Shown here: positions 42,112-53,214 of the stretch, one piece after another
Layout: each line of letters begins with the position of its first letter
Numbering within the stretch: position 1 is the stretch's first letter
Virus record (IMG/VR): IMGVR_UViG_3300021426_000070
Coordinates: 32,001-96,000 of that record
Direction: 5' to 3' (one strand)
Length of the DNA: 64,000 bases
Source of the DNA: a virus
Taxonomy: Duplodnaviria > Caudoviricetes
Notes under the pieces: model-generated
The model's input: only the letters and a program-made list of their open reading frames with translations
What the model was told of the DNA's origin: nothing
Databases searched by the model: none
Translations under genes and position numbers: made by a program

Positions 42112-42612
42112 CTACTTTATACATACGAAATCCTCTACGTCCATATAGTCAATACCAAAATTCTCAGCCGCTTTCTTGTCAGAGTTAGAGAAATCGTTCG
42201 GCTTGCCGCTAGCATCACCGACCATCAGCATCAGCTCTTTCTTCCTTAATGATGGGAGCATAGTGAGCAAAGCCTCTTCGAACATACCCGTGTTGGGTTT
42301 ACGCCTTGGATTGGATTTATCTGTGTCAGCGCAATAGTACGATGAAACGGCTACATTACAATAGACAAAAACAAAGAACTCAACCGCCTTCATCTTTGCC
42401 TTGAAATCCTCTTCTGTCTGATACTCGGGAATACCGCCTTGGTTGGAAACGATAACCACCCTCTGTAGGTCTTTCAGAGAGCGTATCTTATCTACGACCT
42501 CTTTTCTTATTTGGAAATCGGTTACGTCCCTAGGGAACGTATCACCCGACACCGTCTTGATGAGCGTGTCATCAAGGTCTATGAATAATACCTTTTTCTT
42601 GTTTATATCCAT
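42112..42612 (-). CDS. HAD-IIIA phosphatase (polynucleotide 3'-phosphatase-like)
   Basis: DLDDTL, SNQGG, RKPNTGM, VGDASG...SNSDK motifs. Confidence 0.88.
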   Translation of the reverse strand: MDINKKKVLFIDLDDTLIKTVSGDTFPRDVTDFQIRKEVVDKIRSLKDLQRVVIVSNQGGIPEYQTEEDFKAKMKAVEFFVFVYCNVAVSSYYCADTDKSNPRRKPNTGMFEEALLTMLPSLRKKELMLMVGDASGKPNDFSNSDKKAAENFGIDYMDVEDFVCIK

Positions 42613-43249
42613 CTATCTGAAGAATTTGATTACCATCTACTAGCCCTCTAGCGTAGCCGCTATCGAACGCAGAAATATTCTGAATCGAGTCCTTTAGTGC
42701 TGCTAGGGAGTCAAAACGAATATTCTGCTTCTCTGCCTTTACACGATAATGCACCATCATCGCAACATGGTCAAAAGCAAAGGCTATACAGACGATAAGC
42801 AAGATTGTCTTCGGATATGTGTTCACCAACCTCTTAGCATGCTTATAAAGCCATACCGAGAAGCTTACAAGCCCCATGACCAAAGCATAGAGCGTGAGGT
42901 AAGCGAAAGAGCAAAGATTGCCAAACGCCATCTTCGCCACTTTCGCAAAACCTTTAACATCCAATAACACCATCTTTTTCATGCCACAAAGATAAACATA
43001 TTTTATTTACCGACAAAGAAAAAACGTATTATTTTAGACATTTTAACTTTTCGACCAAATGCCGCTGCCTTACATGAGGGTATTCAAAGATAACAATAGC
43101 CTTGTACCACATGGGGTATTTCTCATTCAGAAAGTCCGAAACGATGTTGTCATTGTTCTTTATCGCCTTGTTGGGGAAGAGGCTCTCATCCACCTCGAAC
43201 TCAGAAAATCCGTCCTTAGCATAGACTTTTAATATACACTTTCTCATAA

Positions 43250-43438
43250 TTACAGATATTGAAATTCATAACCACCTTTATAGACCCGTCCGCTCTTTGC
43301 ACATCGGCATATATGCGATGACGGGATATTCAAGTCTTTCGAGCACTCCTTTATGGAAGGATATGTTCTTACCACGTAGCCGCCCCTAGTAACCAAGACA
43401 GCCTTTCTTCTACTCAGTGTTGCATTTAACGTACTCAT
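43250..43438 (-). CDS. NUMOD1-like DNA-binding protein
   Basis: YPSIKECSKDL.I..S.I..C....GGYEFQY. Confidence 0.6.
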   Translation of the reverse strand: MSTLNATLSRRKAVLVTRGGYVVRTYPSIKECSKDLNIPSSHICRCAKSGRVYKGGYEFQYL

Positions 43439-44121
43439 TCGAATAAGCTTAACTCCTTTACCTTACGTCCGTTCTTAGTCTCATATTCACCCTTGCACAC
43501 CTTATCAAAGCGTGCGCATCCTTTATCAAAGTATTCTTTATCAAGTTCACAACCCACGAAATCATACCCCATCTTGTAGGCAGCTATACGGCTTGACTGA
43601 CTGCCCATCATCGGGTCAAAGATAGTATCACCTTCTTGTGCAAAGTTTCTTATCAGCCACCCGTAGAGCTCAGTAGGCTTCTGTGTAGGGTGAAACCGCT
43701 CTTTGTCTTGAGTATCGGAAATGAAACCCATCTGTCGCAGTCGGAAGATACGGACAACCTTTGACATGTTAGTCCAAGCCAATTCAGCATCGGCAAAGAC
43801 ACTCTTGTTCTCAGTGCCATCACACTTATCCCATACCAACCAACACTTAGACATCGGCAGTATGTGTGTGAAATAGTTTCCGCCCCATATGATGACCTTC
43901 TCCCCGACACGCAGCAACTCATCAAAGAACGCCTTTTCGGGTATTTGGCTATCCCATTTGACATCCTCTAACTCGGGTCTGTTATCACACACGCCCCACC
44001 CGTTCTTTCCTCTCGCATAGCTCACGCCATACGGAGGGTCGGCAAGAACCAACTGAAACGCATTGTCGGGCAACGTCCTCATAAAATCTATACAATCACA
44101 ATTAAACACTTCACTTCTCAT
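43435..44121 (-). CDS. DNA N6A/N4C methyltransferase (beta class)
   Basis: DPPY...HPTQKP...DPMMGSQSS. Confidence 0.9.
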   Translation of the reverse strand: MRSEVFNCDCIDFMRTLPDNAFQLVLADPPYGVSYARGKNGWGVCDNRPELEDVKWDSQIPEKAFFDELLRVGEKVIIWGGNYFTHILPMSKCWLVWDKCDGTENKSVFADAELAWTNMSKVVRIFRLRQMGFISDTQDKERFHPTQKPTELYGWLIRNFAQEGDTIFDPMMGSQSSRIAAYKMGYDFVGCELDKEYFDKGCARFDKVCKGEYETKNGRKVKELSLFE

Positions 44122-44122
44122 A

Positions 44123-44857
44123 CTAAAACAATGCTTGAGGGTTTTTCTTTTCTTCTTTTATTCTCTTGTTGATAAGGTCGTAATACTCATCATCTATCTC
44201 TGCGCCCACGAAATGCCTACCCGAACGGATGCATGCTAGTGCTGTCGTGCCGCTACCCATGAAAGGGTCTAAGACAATATCGCCTTTCTGTGAGCTTTCC
44301 TCGATAAGTATCTGCATAAGACTGACGGGCTTCTGCGAGTCATGGATATTCTCTCCATTAGCCTTCTTCGTCTTGACATTAGGAATAGTGATAATATCCC
44401 CTCTGCCGCAATCGTTGATGGGCACAGCCTTACCCTTTCGCAAGAAGATAATATACTCAAAGGCATTCATATAGAACGTGCCCATGATGAGATTTGTTTT
44501 GTTCCAAATAAGACATTTGATGAAATGGAAATCGCTCTCATCAATGACCTTTAGGAAATGCACGAGGTTGATATGGTTGCACATGATATAACAATGCGAG
44601 CCGTCCTTTAGCACCCTATAAAGCTCGGGAAGATAAGTATCTATCTCTATGCCGTTATGCTCGAACACCTTGCCTTTCTTGTTGATATCCTTCTGCATCA
44701 TGCCGCCGCTGTTACCCGCACTGCCACGTGCCGTTACAAGATACGGAGGGTCTGACACCACCAAGTCAACGCTCTCACTAGGAAGACTCCTCAACAGCTC
44801 CATGCAGTCGCCGTGAAAAATGCTGTCTATCTTATCCATGCCTATTAACCCTTTCAT
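44123..44857 (-). CDS. DNA N6A/N4C methyltransferase (beta class)
   Basis: DPPY...HDSQKP...DPFMGSGTT. Confidence 0.92.
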   Translation of the reverse strand: MKGLIGMDKIDSIFHGDCMELLRSLPSESVDLVVSDPPYLVTARGSAGNSGGMMQKDINKKGKVFEHNGIEIDTYLPELYRVLKDGSHCYIMCNHINLVHFLKVIDESDFHFIKCLIWNKTNLIMGTFYMNAFEYIIFLRKGKAVPINDCGRGDIITIPNVKTKKANGENIHDSQKPVSLMQILIEESSQKGDIVLDPFMGSGTTALACIRSGRHFVGAEIDDEYYDLINKRIKEEKKNPQALF

Positions 44858-45168
44858 ACAATTCGTTCACCAATGCCAATGCCACGATGATTTTCTTTCT
44901 TATCGGTTGGTTGTTTGTGAGAATACCCGACAACAGATAGATATTACTGATATAGCTTGCCTTGATACTTCCTCTGTAGCCCTCAGTCATGCTCTTTAGG
45001 TTATCCATCTTCGACTTTGCGCACCTCAGCAGCATATCCAACACCTTTTCGATACGCTCTCTGTCATCACCATCGGAGAACGCTTCTTTCATTACCAACT
45101 GAAACATCTGATAGTCCGTAACGGGCTTCATATCCTTTTGCGCCATCATGCGCTTTTCTAATTGTGCT

Positions 45169-45972
45169 TTATTCATCTAAATCCAAACTTAATTGTTGTT
45201 TCTCTTCTGTTATTCTCTTTTCCGCCTTACGGAAATACTCTTCATTCTTCTCAAAGCCTACATAATGCCGACCCTCTTTGATAGCCGCTACCGCCGTTGT
45301 ACCGCTACCGATAGTAGCATCAAGTACCGTATCACCTTTGTTGGTGTAGGTACGTATCAGATAGCGTATCAAGTCAACGGGCTTCTGTGTGGGATGCCAT
45401 GTATCTGCAGTATGCTCTTTCGGGAAATGCAAGATACTGATAGGGTAGCCCTCCGTCTTTGACTCGGTGCTTACAGCCTCGAACTTGCCATAGCACTGAT
45501 TTGTCATCTTGTTACCGCCCTTACCCCTTGCATGCGTATTACACGCCCTCTTCTGCGGGTTATAGGTAGGCTGTTTGCGATAGAACACCATGATATCCTC
45601 ATGTGAGCGTAAAGGCATACGCTTTGCATTAAGAAATCCCGTTGACCGCCCTTTATCCCAAATCAGATTGTATCGCCAAATCTTAGGCTGCGACATCATC
45701 ATCTGTGCCGTGAACATACCTTGCCCGAACAAGACGATAGCACCATTCTCTTTCGTCACTCGGAGCAGATGCGCCCATAACGGCTTATCGGGTATGACCC
45801 TATCCCATGCGACTTGCTGATTGTTCTTGTGCAGCACCTCGTAAGGAAGGTCGCAGATAACACAATCAATGCTCCCATCGGGTATGCCCGCCATCAACTC
45901 TAGGCAATCGCCGTTGTATATTCTATCAAGCTCTATCACCATAAGCCTTTTTTTCTTTGTTCCTCTTCCCAA
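45169..45972 (-). CDS. DNA N6A/N4C methyltransferase (beta class)
   Basis: DLPY...HPTQKP...DATIGSGTT. Confidence 0.9.
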   Translation of the reverse strand: MGRGTKKKRLMVIELDRIYNGDCLELMAGIPDGSIDCVICDLPYEVLHKNNQQVAWDRVIPDKPLWAHLLRVTKENGAIVLFGQGMFTAQMMMSQPKIWRYNLIWDKGRSTGFLNAKRMPLRSHEDIMVFYRKQPTYNPQKRACNTHARGKGGNKMTNQCYGKFEAVSTESKTEGYPISILHFPKEHTADTWHPTQKPVDLIRYLIRTYTNKGDTVLDATIGSGTTAVAAIKEGRHYVGFEKNEEYFRKAEKRITEEKQQLSLDLDE

Positions 45973-46273
45973 AGGTATTGTCTATCCCAATCCTTGTAAA
46001 AAAAGCTGCATTTAAACACCAACCATGCAAAGCCTATACATAATTCGCTATGATTATAGAAATAGCATATACAAGGCAATACATAGACCTTATCCTTCAT
46101 CACGTTCACATTATCATGGGCTCTCCACGTGCCGAAACGGACAACGAACCTTACAAGCTTATCGTTATCCCATTTCTCCCAACATATCTGCCGTTTCAGA
46201 TGCGGCTTGACATCTTGACCATCCATGATACACGCTATCGTGTATATGATGAACGCCGCAAATATAGAAATTG

Positions 46274-46486
46274 TCAAAGTACCCATCCGCTTGATTTTTT
46301 GAAGTCCACACCGCCTTTCCCGTCCGACTTAAACGAACCGAAATGCTTTACCACCACTTGCTCACCGCTATTGACCAACATCTTTATATGGTCAAAGATA
46401 AGGTCATAGGAATAGCGCACATCTTCGGGCTTCAACCCTAGCTCTTTTGCAATATCCTTGCACATTTTCATCTTGTAGTTTACCAT
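46274..46486 (-). CDS. HU/IHF-like DNA-binding protein
   Basis: IAKELGL...GEQVVVKHFGSFK. Confidence 0.7.
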   Translation of the reverse strand: MVNYKMKMCKDIAKELGLKPEDVRYSYDLIFDHIKMLVNSGEQVVVKHFGSFKSDGKGGVDFKKSSGWVL

Positions 46487-46498
46487 AACCGAATTTAT

Positions 46499-47323
46499 TT
46501 AATCGTCAAACAAAGACAACTGACCATAGTCATCATACTTCTTCACGTTCTTAATCTTCACCTCTTTCGTCTCCACGCCATCTTTCAGCAGCTTTATATA
46601 TCCGCAGCATACGGGACAAGAATACCACTCATCGAACCTAGCATCGTAAACCTTATGAGTGCCATTACAGCAGTTAGGAACATACATGGCGTCCTTTGTC
46701 GGTGCTTTCTGTTCTTTGTATAACACCTTCAGACTCTTATCCAACAGATAGCAATACCTATGCTTTCTTGGTCGTTCCACCCATACGCCGTGCCTTTCCT
46801 TGGTATAGCCACGGAAATTCTTTATGCCGTCATCGGTGTAAAAGTCGCTCTTCTTATCCGTAAGCCCATAGTACTTGAAATTACATACTTGGTAGATACT
46901 GCCGACATGCCTAGATGCATCGGCTAGCGTTATCACCGCCTTAATGCCATGTTGTTTCAGCAGCTTCATCGAATTACCCAAAAGGAAAGACGTTGCATTC
47001 GTCCCATTAAGACATGGCAGCAGACAAAGCCTAGACAGCTCCAACACATATTGGCAGTCGTTCTTCAATCCGAACCACCCTTTGAGAGCAACAGTACCTT
47101 GCGGGTTGGAGAATGTTGCGACACCAACCAACTCTTCCGTGCCATCAATAGCACGATAATACATACCATAGCCATGCACACAGAAAAACTTTGCATTGGC
47201 AAGATAGTGGTACTTTCTGACAAACGCATAGCACGTGTTCTTGTCTATCTCACGGATAGAAAAGATACTCCTTGCGCCCAATCTGCGTGTCTTAAATCCT
47301 TCCAAATCAATATCACTAATCAT
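46499..47323 (-). CDS. Mom-like DNA-modifying GNAT protein
   Basis: HYL, LELSRLCL, N..SFLL, ITLAD...H.G.IYQ.CNFKY.G and KHRY motifs as in the Mu Mom family. Confidence 0.75.
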   Translation of the reverse strand: MISDIDLEGFKTRRLGARSIFSIREIDKNTCYAFVRKYHYLANAKFFCVHGYGMYYRAIDGTEELVGVATFSNPQGTVALKGWFGLKNDCQYVLELSRLCLLPCLNGTNATSFLLGNSMKLLKQHGIKAVITLADASRHVGSIYQVCNFKYYGLTDKKSDFYTDDGIKNFRGYTKERHGVWVERPRKHRYCYLLDKSLKVLYKEQKAPTKDAMYVPNCCNGTHKVYDARFDEWYSCPVCCGYIKLLKDGVETKEVKIKNVKKYDDYGQLSLFDD

Positions 47324-47338
47324 CTTTCAGAACTTTTT

Positions 47339-48145
47339 TTATAATTCATTTCTTTCTGATTTCTCAACCACCTCTTCTGGTGTAAGCCCATTTTTCTCAA
47401 TGAACATCTTGCGCATATCCAACAGCGACTTCACGGAAACATTGTATCTGTTCTCTATAAGGGCTTTTGCGCCGTCCACAAGCGTTTCTAACGGCTTGGG
47501 CTTATAACTTACAACCCTTTGGTCTTCTGACCGCTCTACGACAAAGGAAATAGGCTCTCCTTTCGCTTCTTTCTCTTTCCGCCACTCTTCATACGACAAG
47601 GTAGGCTTTTTCTTCTGCTCTTCTATCGCCTTCTTAGCCTTGAACTCTTCATAGTCCGCATACACATCTGACCGATACACAAGGAACTCTCGGAACGCCC
47701 TTGTAATAACCATAGGGTCAACAGTACCATAGAACTGCCCATACTGACCTAGCTTGAACTTCTTGCAGAACACCATGAACTCTTTCACCTTTATCCATGG
47801 GTATGATGTGGCTATCAACAGAGCCGTTTCGCTTATCTGTGATTCCGTGAACTTATCCTTAGCACCGCAGAACTCCGAAAGGTTGAACAACTGAGGAACA
47901 AGAAACATCGCCGCCGTATTCTTACCATAAGTGGCATTAAGCTCTGTCAGTGTCGGTGAATCGCTTAGTATAGCCATTGTCTCATCTTGACACAACTCAT
48001 ACTGCCTATCGGGTACAAAGAACATTAGAAAGTGGTTTCTATCACCAAATGTTTTAATAATCTCGTTCTTCTTCTGCAGCAAGGTTGGCGATAACTCTTG
48101 CCGCCCCCTCTTGCCTTCGCAGTAAATCATTAGCTCGTTGCTCAT
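47339..48145 (-). CDS. replication-associated protein (DUF6633-like)
   Basis: F..FK.G.YG.FYG.VDPMVIT.A.REF; follows the initiator gene. Confidence 0.6.
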   Translation of the reverse strand: MSNELMIYCEGKRGRQELSPTLLQKKNEIIKTFGDRNHFLMFFVPDRQYELCQDETMAILSDSPTLTELNATYGKNTAAMFLVPQLFNLSEFCGAKDKFTESQISETALLIATSYPWIKVKEFMVFCKKFKLGQYGQFYGTVDPMVITRAFREFLVYRSDVYADYEEFKAKKAIEEQKKKPTLSYEEWRKEKEAKGEPISFVVERSEDQRVVSYKPKPLETLVDGAKALIENRYNVSVKSLLDMRKMFIEKNGLTPEEVVEKSERNEL

Positions 48146-48923
48146 CCCTAGACAAATTATTGTTGTTAAACGTTGTTGTTCTGTTATCGTAATTACCTTC
48201 TAATACCTTGGGGAAATTATTAGGCTTGAATAGCCAATCAAAATCGGCAGTCCACCCTCTGTTATTCTTTCCATTCAGAAAATCCGATGCCGCAGCTTTA
48301 CGGATAACCTCTTCTACCGATTGATAGCCATACTCACGCAATCTTGCTCTCATGCTCTGCTTACGTTTATCCGTAAGCCTTGATATGGGCTTGATAGCCT
48401 TGTTACTCATAACAGCATTATAGAGAGAAACGATATTATCCAACTCTGACTCCTTTTTGTTCGAAAGTGTACTTTCGACTTCAATAGATACGTTAGTATC
48501 TTGTTTTCTCTCTGTTATATATATATCTTGTTTCTCTATATTATCTCTTTTATTTAGTGTGGGGTTTTCTCCGTGTCGGGAAAAGTCCGTGTCGGTATTT
48601 TCCGTGCACGGTTTTTTCCGTGTCGGTATTTCTTTGTTTGCCTTCAGTGTATATACAACCGACCCAAACTGCCCCTTCTCATTAGTACCCTGCTGACCTT
48701 TGGTTATCCACCCACTCAAAGCAAGCTCATTAAGGTACTTTCTAAGTGTCTCCACACTATACCCCAACTCATTTGCCATCGGCTCAAGCAAGAAATCCCA
48801 ACCTTCGGGCTTACAAGCCATATAGACATACACAAACCTAGCTCTGTCTGATAGTGTCTTATCAAAGACAAGGCTTCTAGGAACACTTTCGTAATTCTTT
48901 AATTCGCTTTTAAAATTACCCAT
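48054..48923 (-). CDS. phage replication initiator (HTH N-terminus)
   Basis: N-terminal HTH; C-terminal FLNGKN.RGW.ADFDWL.KPNNF.KVLEGNY. Confidence 0.8.
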   Translation of the reverse strand: MGNFKSELKNYESVPRSLVFDKTLSDRARFVYVYMACKPEGWDFLLEPMANELGYSVETLRKYLNELALSGWITKGQQGTNEKGQFGSVVYTLKANKEIPTRKKPCTENTDTDFSRHGENPTLNKRDNIEKQDIYITERKQDTNVSIEVESTLSNKKESELDNIVSLYNAVMSNKAIKPISRLTDKRKQSMRARLREYGYQSVEEVIRKAAASDFLNGKNNRGWTADFDWLFKPNNFPKVLEGNYDNRTTTFNNNNLSRDEQRANDLLRRQEGAARVIANLAAEEERDY

Positions 48924-48934
48924 ATCATTAATTG

Positions 48935-51067
48935 TTAATCGTTTTGCAACCTTGCTTTCAACATAGTATTTCTTTTGAGCACCACCATGTTCTTGATGGC
49001 ACGTCCCAACGCCCTAGAGTCACCTACGATGATACACAACTTCTTAGCTCGTGTAACAGCCGTATAGACGAGATTACGCTGCAGCATGATATAATGGCTC
49101 ATAAGCAACGGAACGACCACCACGGGGTATTCTGAGCCTTGTGACTTATGGATAGTGGTCGCATACGCCAATGTAAGCTCGCTCAAGTCCTCACTCTCAT
49201 AGACAACAGCTTGGTCGTTGAAATTCACCCTCAGCATACGCTCTTCGGTGTCTATGAAGTCGATAGTGCCAACGTCACCATTGAACACGTTCTTATCATA
49301 GTCATTCTTAATCTGCATGACTTTATCACCGCTACGGAACTTGTACTGCCCGACTTGGATATACTCACCCTCGGGGTTCACCGCCTCTTGCAGAGCATTG
49401 TTCAGACTGACAGTACCCGCCTGCCCGTTCTTCATCGGCACTAGGACTTGCATATCATCAATAGTGTAGTTATATGCGTTAGGTATTCGGTTCTTGATAA
49501 GGTCAACGATACTATTAGCTGCCAACTGAGCATCCTCTTGCTTGATAAAGAAGAAATCCGTATCTTTGCCGTTTGACACATCGGGATATTCGCCCTTGTT
49601 AATCAAGTGGGCATTGGTCACGATACGGCTTGTAAGAGCTTGTCGGAAGATACGTGTGAGCCTTACCACGGGCACGACACCCGAATCAATGACATCCCTC
49701 AGCACGTTACCCGCACCGACACTCGGTAATTGGTCTATATCACCTACGAGTATCAGCCCCATCTTCTCGGGAATAGCCTTCATCAGCGAATGCATCAGCA
49801 TGACATCTATCATCGAACTCTCGTCAACGATAAGCACATCACCATTCAATGGGTCATTCTCATTCTTCGTGAAACCTTTGTCGGGCATATATCCTAGCAG
49901 TCTATGGATAGTCTTTGCATCCTTACCCGTTGCCTCGCTCATACGCTTTGCGGCACGACCCGTTGGAGCAGCACAGAGGATAACCTTGTCTTGCATCTCG
50001 AGGGCAGTAATGATACCTTGAACGGTTGTTGTCTTACCAGTGCCCGGAAGTCCCGTAAGCACCATCACCTTTGAGCGCATGGCTTGACGGATAGCATCGG
50101 CTTGTATATCGTCATAGTCCATCTGCGTTTTCTCGGAGACAGCCTTAATATCCACCTCTTTGTTCGACACACTACCCGACTTCAACAGCAGCTTCATCTT
50201 CTCTGCAATCCTCAGTTCGGAATAGTAGTACATCGGAAGGAAATACTTTTCATCTTCTTCTATAACCTCGAAAGCGAACGTCAGCAGCCCTAGACCCTCT
50301 TCAATAGCCGCCTCATCAGAGCCTAACAACTCTTTGGCAGTAGCCATAAGCTGAGACCTTTCGGCATAGCAGTGCCCGTCATTGGATAGCTGCGACAGCG
50401 TATATAGAATACCCGCCTTACACCTACGGACATCATTGAGCCCATAGCCAAAGGAACGGGCTATTTGGTCAGCCATCTTAAAGCCGATACCCGTCACATC
50501 ATCAGCAAGCACATAAGGGTTTTCTTTAACCGTCTCAATACTCTTATCGCCGTATTGTCTGTAAATCTTTACCGCATATGCGGGGCTTATATCATGCCCT
50601 TGTAGGAAAAGCATAATCTCACGAACCTCTTTGTTCTTACCCCACGAGTCCTTAATCCTCTTAACCTTATCCTTGCCTAAGCCCTTGACCTTAAACAGCT
50701 CATCGGGATTATTATCCAAGATATTCAGCGTGTCCTTGCCGAAATGCTTGACAATAAGCTTTGCCGTCTTCTTGCCTATGCCCTTGATACAACCGCTAGC
50801 AAGATAACTCTCGATACCTTTCTCTGTAGCGGGCAGCTCTTCATACCATTTCTGTACGGCTAGCTGCCTACCATACTTTGTAGTCTGCCACTCACCTTCA
50901 CAAACAAGCGTAGCACCGACAGAAACGCCTTGAAACGTACCCGTTATCGTATGATAGACGAAACCACCATCGACAGACACTTGAAAAACTGAATAGCCGT
51001 TTTCTTCATTTCGAAAAACAACCCGTTCGATTACACATTTTAATTTATCCATGACTAGAAACACCAA
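48935..51067 (-). CDS. recD2: RecD2-like SF1B helicase
   Basis: HhH repeats, GLPGTGKT, VDESSM, GDIDQLPSVGAG, TIHKSQGSE, YTAVTRA. Confidence 0.95.
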   Translation of the reverse strand: MVFLVMDKLKCVIERVVFRNEENGYSVFQVSVDGGFVYHTITGTFQGVSVGATLVCEGEWQTTKYGRQLAVQKWYEELPATEKGIESYLASGCIKGIGKKTAKLIVKHFGKDTLNILDNNPDELFKVKGLGKDKVKRIKDSWGKNKEVREIMLFLQGHDISPAYAVKIYRQYGDKSIETVKENPYVLADDVTGIGFKMADQIARSFGYGLNDVRRCKAGILYTLSQLSNDGHCYAERSQLMATAKELLGSDEAAIEEGLGLLTFAFEVIEEDEKYFLPMYYYSELRIAEKMKLLLKSGSVSNKEVDIKAVSEKTQMDYDDIQADAIRQAMRSKVMVLTGLPGTGKTTTVQGIITALEMQDKVILCAAPTGRAAKRMSEATGKDAKTIHRLLGYMPDKGFTKNENDPLNGDVLIVDESSMIDVMLMHSLMKAIPEKMGLILVGDIDQLPSVGAGNVLRDVIDSGVVPVVRLTRIFRQALTSRIVTNAHLINKGEYPDVSNGKDTDFFFIKQEDAQLAANSIVDLIKNRIPNAYNYTIDDMQVLVPMKNGQAGTVSLNNALQEAVNPEGEYIQVGQYKFRSGDKVMQIKNDYDKNVFNGDVGTIDFIDTEERMLRVNFNDQAVVYESEDLSELTLAYATTIHKSQGSEYPVVVVPLLMSHYIMLQRNLVYTAVTRAKKLCIIVGDSRALGRAIKNMVVLKRNTMLKARLQND

Positions 51068-51477
51068 GAGAAGGATAAATACTCAACGCTTCTACTCGTC
51101 TTTCTTCACCCCTCTCTTTTTCGGTGTGTATTTTATTGTTCTGCGCCTAGTGTAGAAGTCAACGCTAAACCTTTATTCTGAGTGCAAAGGTATATAAAAC
51201 TATCAACACTAGCAAATTTTCAGCCGATTTATAACATTAATTAAGAATTAGATTCTTTCTTTCACTTTCTTCTTGCTCATTAGCGTCACGTAACGCCTCC
51301 TCGATAATCTCTTTCGCCGTTTCATAGTTTGTGCATAAAGCACGTATGGAATTATAGATTAAATCACCTTCACAATGCACTATAGATAGCACTGCGTGGT
51401 CTTGCTCCACGAAACACATATAGCCCTTATCTAAATCGGTAAGTGCCTTTTCCAACTTCTTCTCTTTATCGCCCATA

Positions 51478-51783
51478 CTACTTCAATTTATCTAATCGCC
51501 CATACTGCTTCAATTTATCTATTTGCCTTATACGCTCTTCACAGTCATGGATTATCTTCTCATAATCCAACCTACGAGGGTCTGTTTTCTTGTTCCTCAG
51601 CACACGCTTGACTATATCCGCATCCCAAGAATTAAGATTATATTCAAGCCACAAAGTCCATGCTTGAATGATATGTTCCGAGTAATCGGATTCACCAACA
51701 TTGCTACTACGTACGTCATTGGGGATAATGCCCAATATATCAAGCTGCTCGTACAGCTCATCACTTATCTCTTTCATCTTCAA
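51478..51783 (-). CDS. DUF3310-like protein
   Basis: NVGESDY..H.IQ.W......LN.WDADIVKRVLR. Confidence 0.6.
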   Translation of the reverse strand: MKMKEISDELYEQLDILGIIPNDVRSSNVGESDYSEHIIQAWTLWLEYNLNSWDADIVKRVLRNKKTDPRRLDYEKIIHDCEERIRQIDKLKQYGRLDKLK

Positions 51784-51981
51784 ATATGTTTAATGAATAA
51801 TAATCTTGTCTTTCTCTCTTATACTCTTTCTTAGGGTGTCGTTGCTTATAGATTTTTTGGCAGTCCTTGCAATAGCTCTGTATCTTCCCTTTGGAGATAT
51901 AGAACTCAGATATATCCTTAACCCTCTTGCAGTAAGGGCATTGTTTCTTCGGCATGTAACCGCCAAAAATATCTTTCTGCA

Positions 51982-52506
51982 TCACATTTCCTTTTTCAAT
52001 TCCAAAACTTTCTCTGCGAAATACATATACCTAGCTTTTAACTCGTCCACATCCCATTTCTTGGATTCATACTTCTGTTTCTCCAACTCTTCCACACGCT
52101 GCTCACCCATCTTCTTGATAAGCAACAGCTTCTTGTCGTTAGGAAGGCTCTGTGCGACAACACTTCTGTCAACTATCTTACGTCCTAGCTTTAATATCAG
52201 ATTCTTCCGATACCCTAGCAAATGGTCGCCCTGCAGCCTATTGCATTTGCTACACTCCGCATGGACGTTGTCCTCCTCCCACCTTAGCGGCATACAGTTT
52301 CGGCTTACAAAATGTCCCGCATCAAACATATCATAAGGCTTTACTTTACCGCAAGAGATACACCTACACCCTTTGAAATGGAACTCTTTAGAATCCCTCA
52401 AACGGATATATAAGGAGAAGACCCTATCAAGCTTCTCTATCCACGTCTTACGCTCGTCTGAGCCACGTTTCCGTTTTGTCTTTTTTTTATTCTTACTTAT
52501 AAACAT
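51982..52506 (-). CDS. ninG: NinG/Rap-like endonuclease
   Basis: FS.YIRLRD...CISCG...DAGHF.SR...R..EDN.HAEC..CN. Confidence 0.88.
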   Translation of the reverse strand: MFISKNKKKTKRKRGSDERKTWIEKLDRVFSLYIRLRDSKEFHFKGCRCISCGKVKPYDMFDAGHFVSRNCMPLRWEEDNVHAECSKCNRLQGDHLLGYRKNLILKLGRKIVDRSVVAQSLPNDKKLLLIKKMGEQRVEELEKQKYESKKWDVDELKARYMYFAEKVLELKKEM

Positions 52507-52582
52507 AACTCTTAATTAGAAAATCCCGCCCTATTCTCACGAACGAGGCGGGCAAACTTATAAACTCTCAGAAACAATCCCC

Positions 52583-53035
52583 TTAACGGGTTACTTCCTT
52601 TGTCTCGCAGACAATGATATCTTCGATGACTGTCTCATGAACGCTTTCGACAACATAGTCTGCCATGCTGTCGTGCATGACCTCATCAAACACCTTCTGA
52701 GCTCCCTCGATAGAATCTGCCTGTACGAGATATGTTACCTTTGACTTCTTCTGCTTCTCTGTCTTCTCATCAATGGTGATAAACGCCACCTTCAGCTTGT
52801 AGAACTTCTCGCCTTCGGTGAGGAACACCTCCTTGTAGGCGGCTTTATTCTCAGTCAGCACCTCAAACTCACCATGGTAGTTGTCACCCGCATACTCGTT
52901 GATACGTGTCTCACACTCACTGAAAGACAGAGCGTCAACAACCAAAAGGCTATTCATCTTCACTTGTGTACCATCTTCCGTTGTGCTCTCGTGTCTTACC
53001 TTAGACTCAAAGAAATTACTTACAATACTTTTCAT
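52583..53035 (-). CDS. DUF4494-like protein
   Basis: VDALSFSECETRI...FYK.KV.FITIDEK...YLVQA. Confidence 0.75.
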   Translation of the reverse strand: MKSIVSNFFESKVRHESTTEDGTQVKMNSLLVVDALSFSECETRINEYAGDNYHGEFEVLTENKAAYKEVFLTEGEKFYKLKVAFITIDEKTEKQKKSKVTYLVQADSIEGAQKVFDEVMHDSMADYVVESVHETVIEDIIVCETKEVTR

Positions 53036-53214
53036 AATCTTTATGTTTAATAATTAATTGAAACAACCTAACTTCTCATTACGCTTAACCTTCCGTTTGA
53101 ACTTCATGCAAAAGCCATACTTCCGACACATAGCGTCTGAAAAAGAGTGGCAATACTCACATGTATCTTTGTCGTAATTAACCTTTCTCATCTTATATCG
53201 ACTTTCTAAATTAG

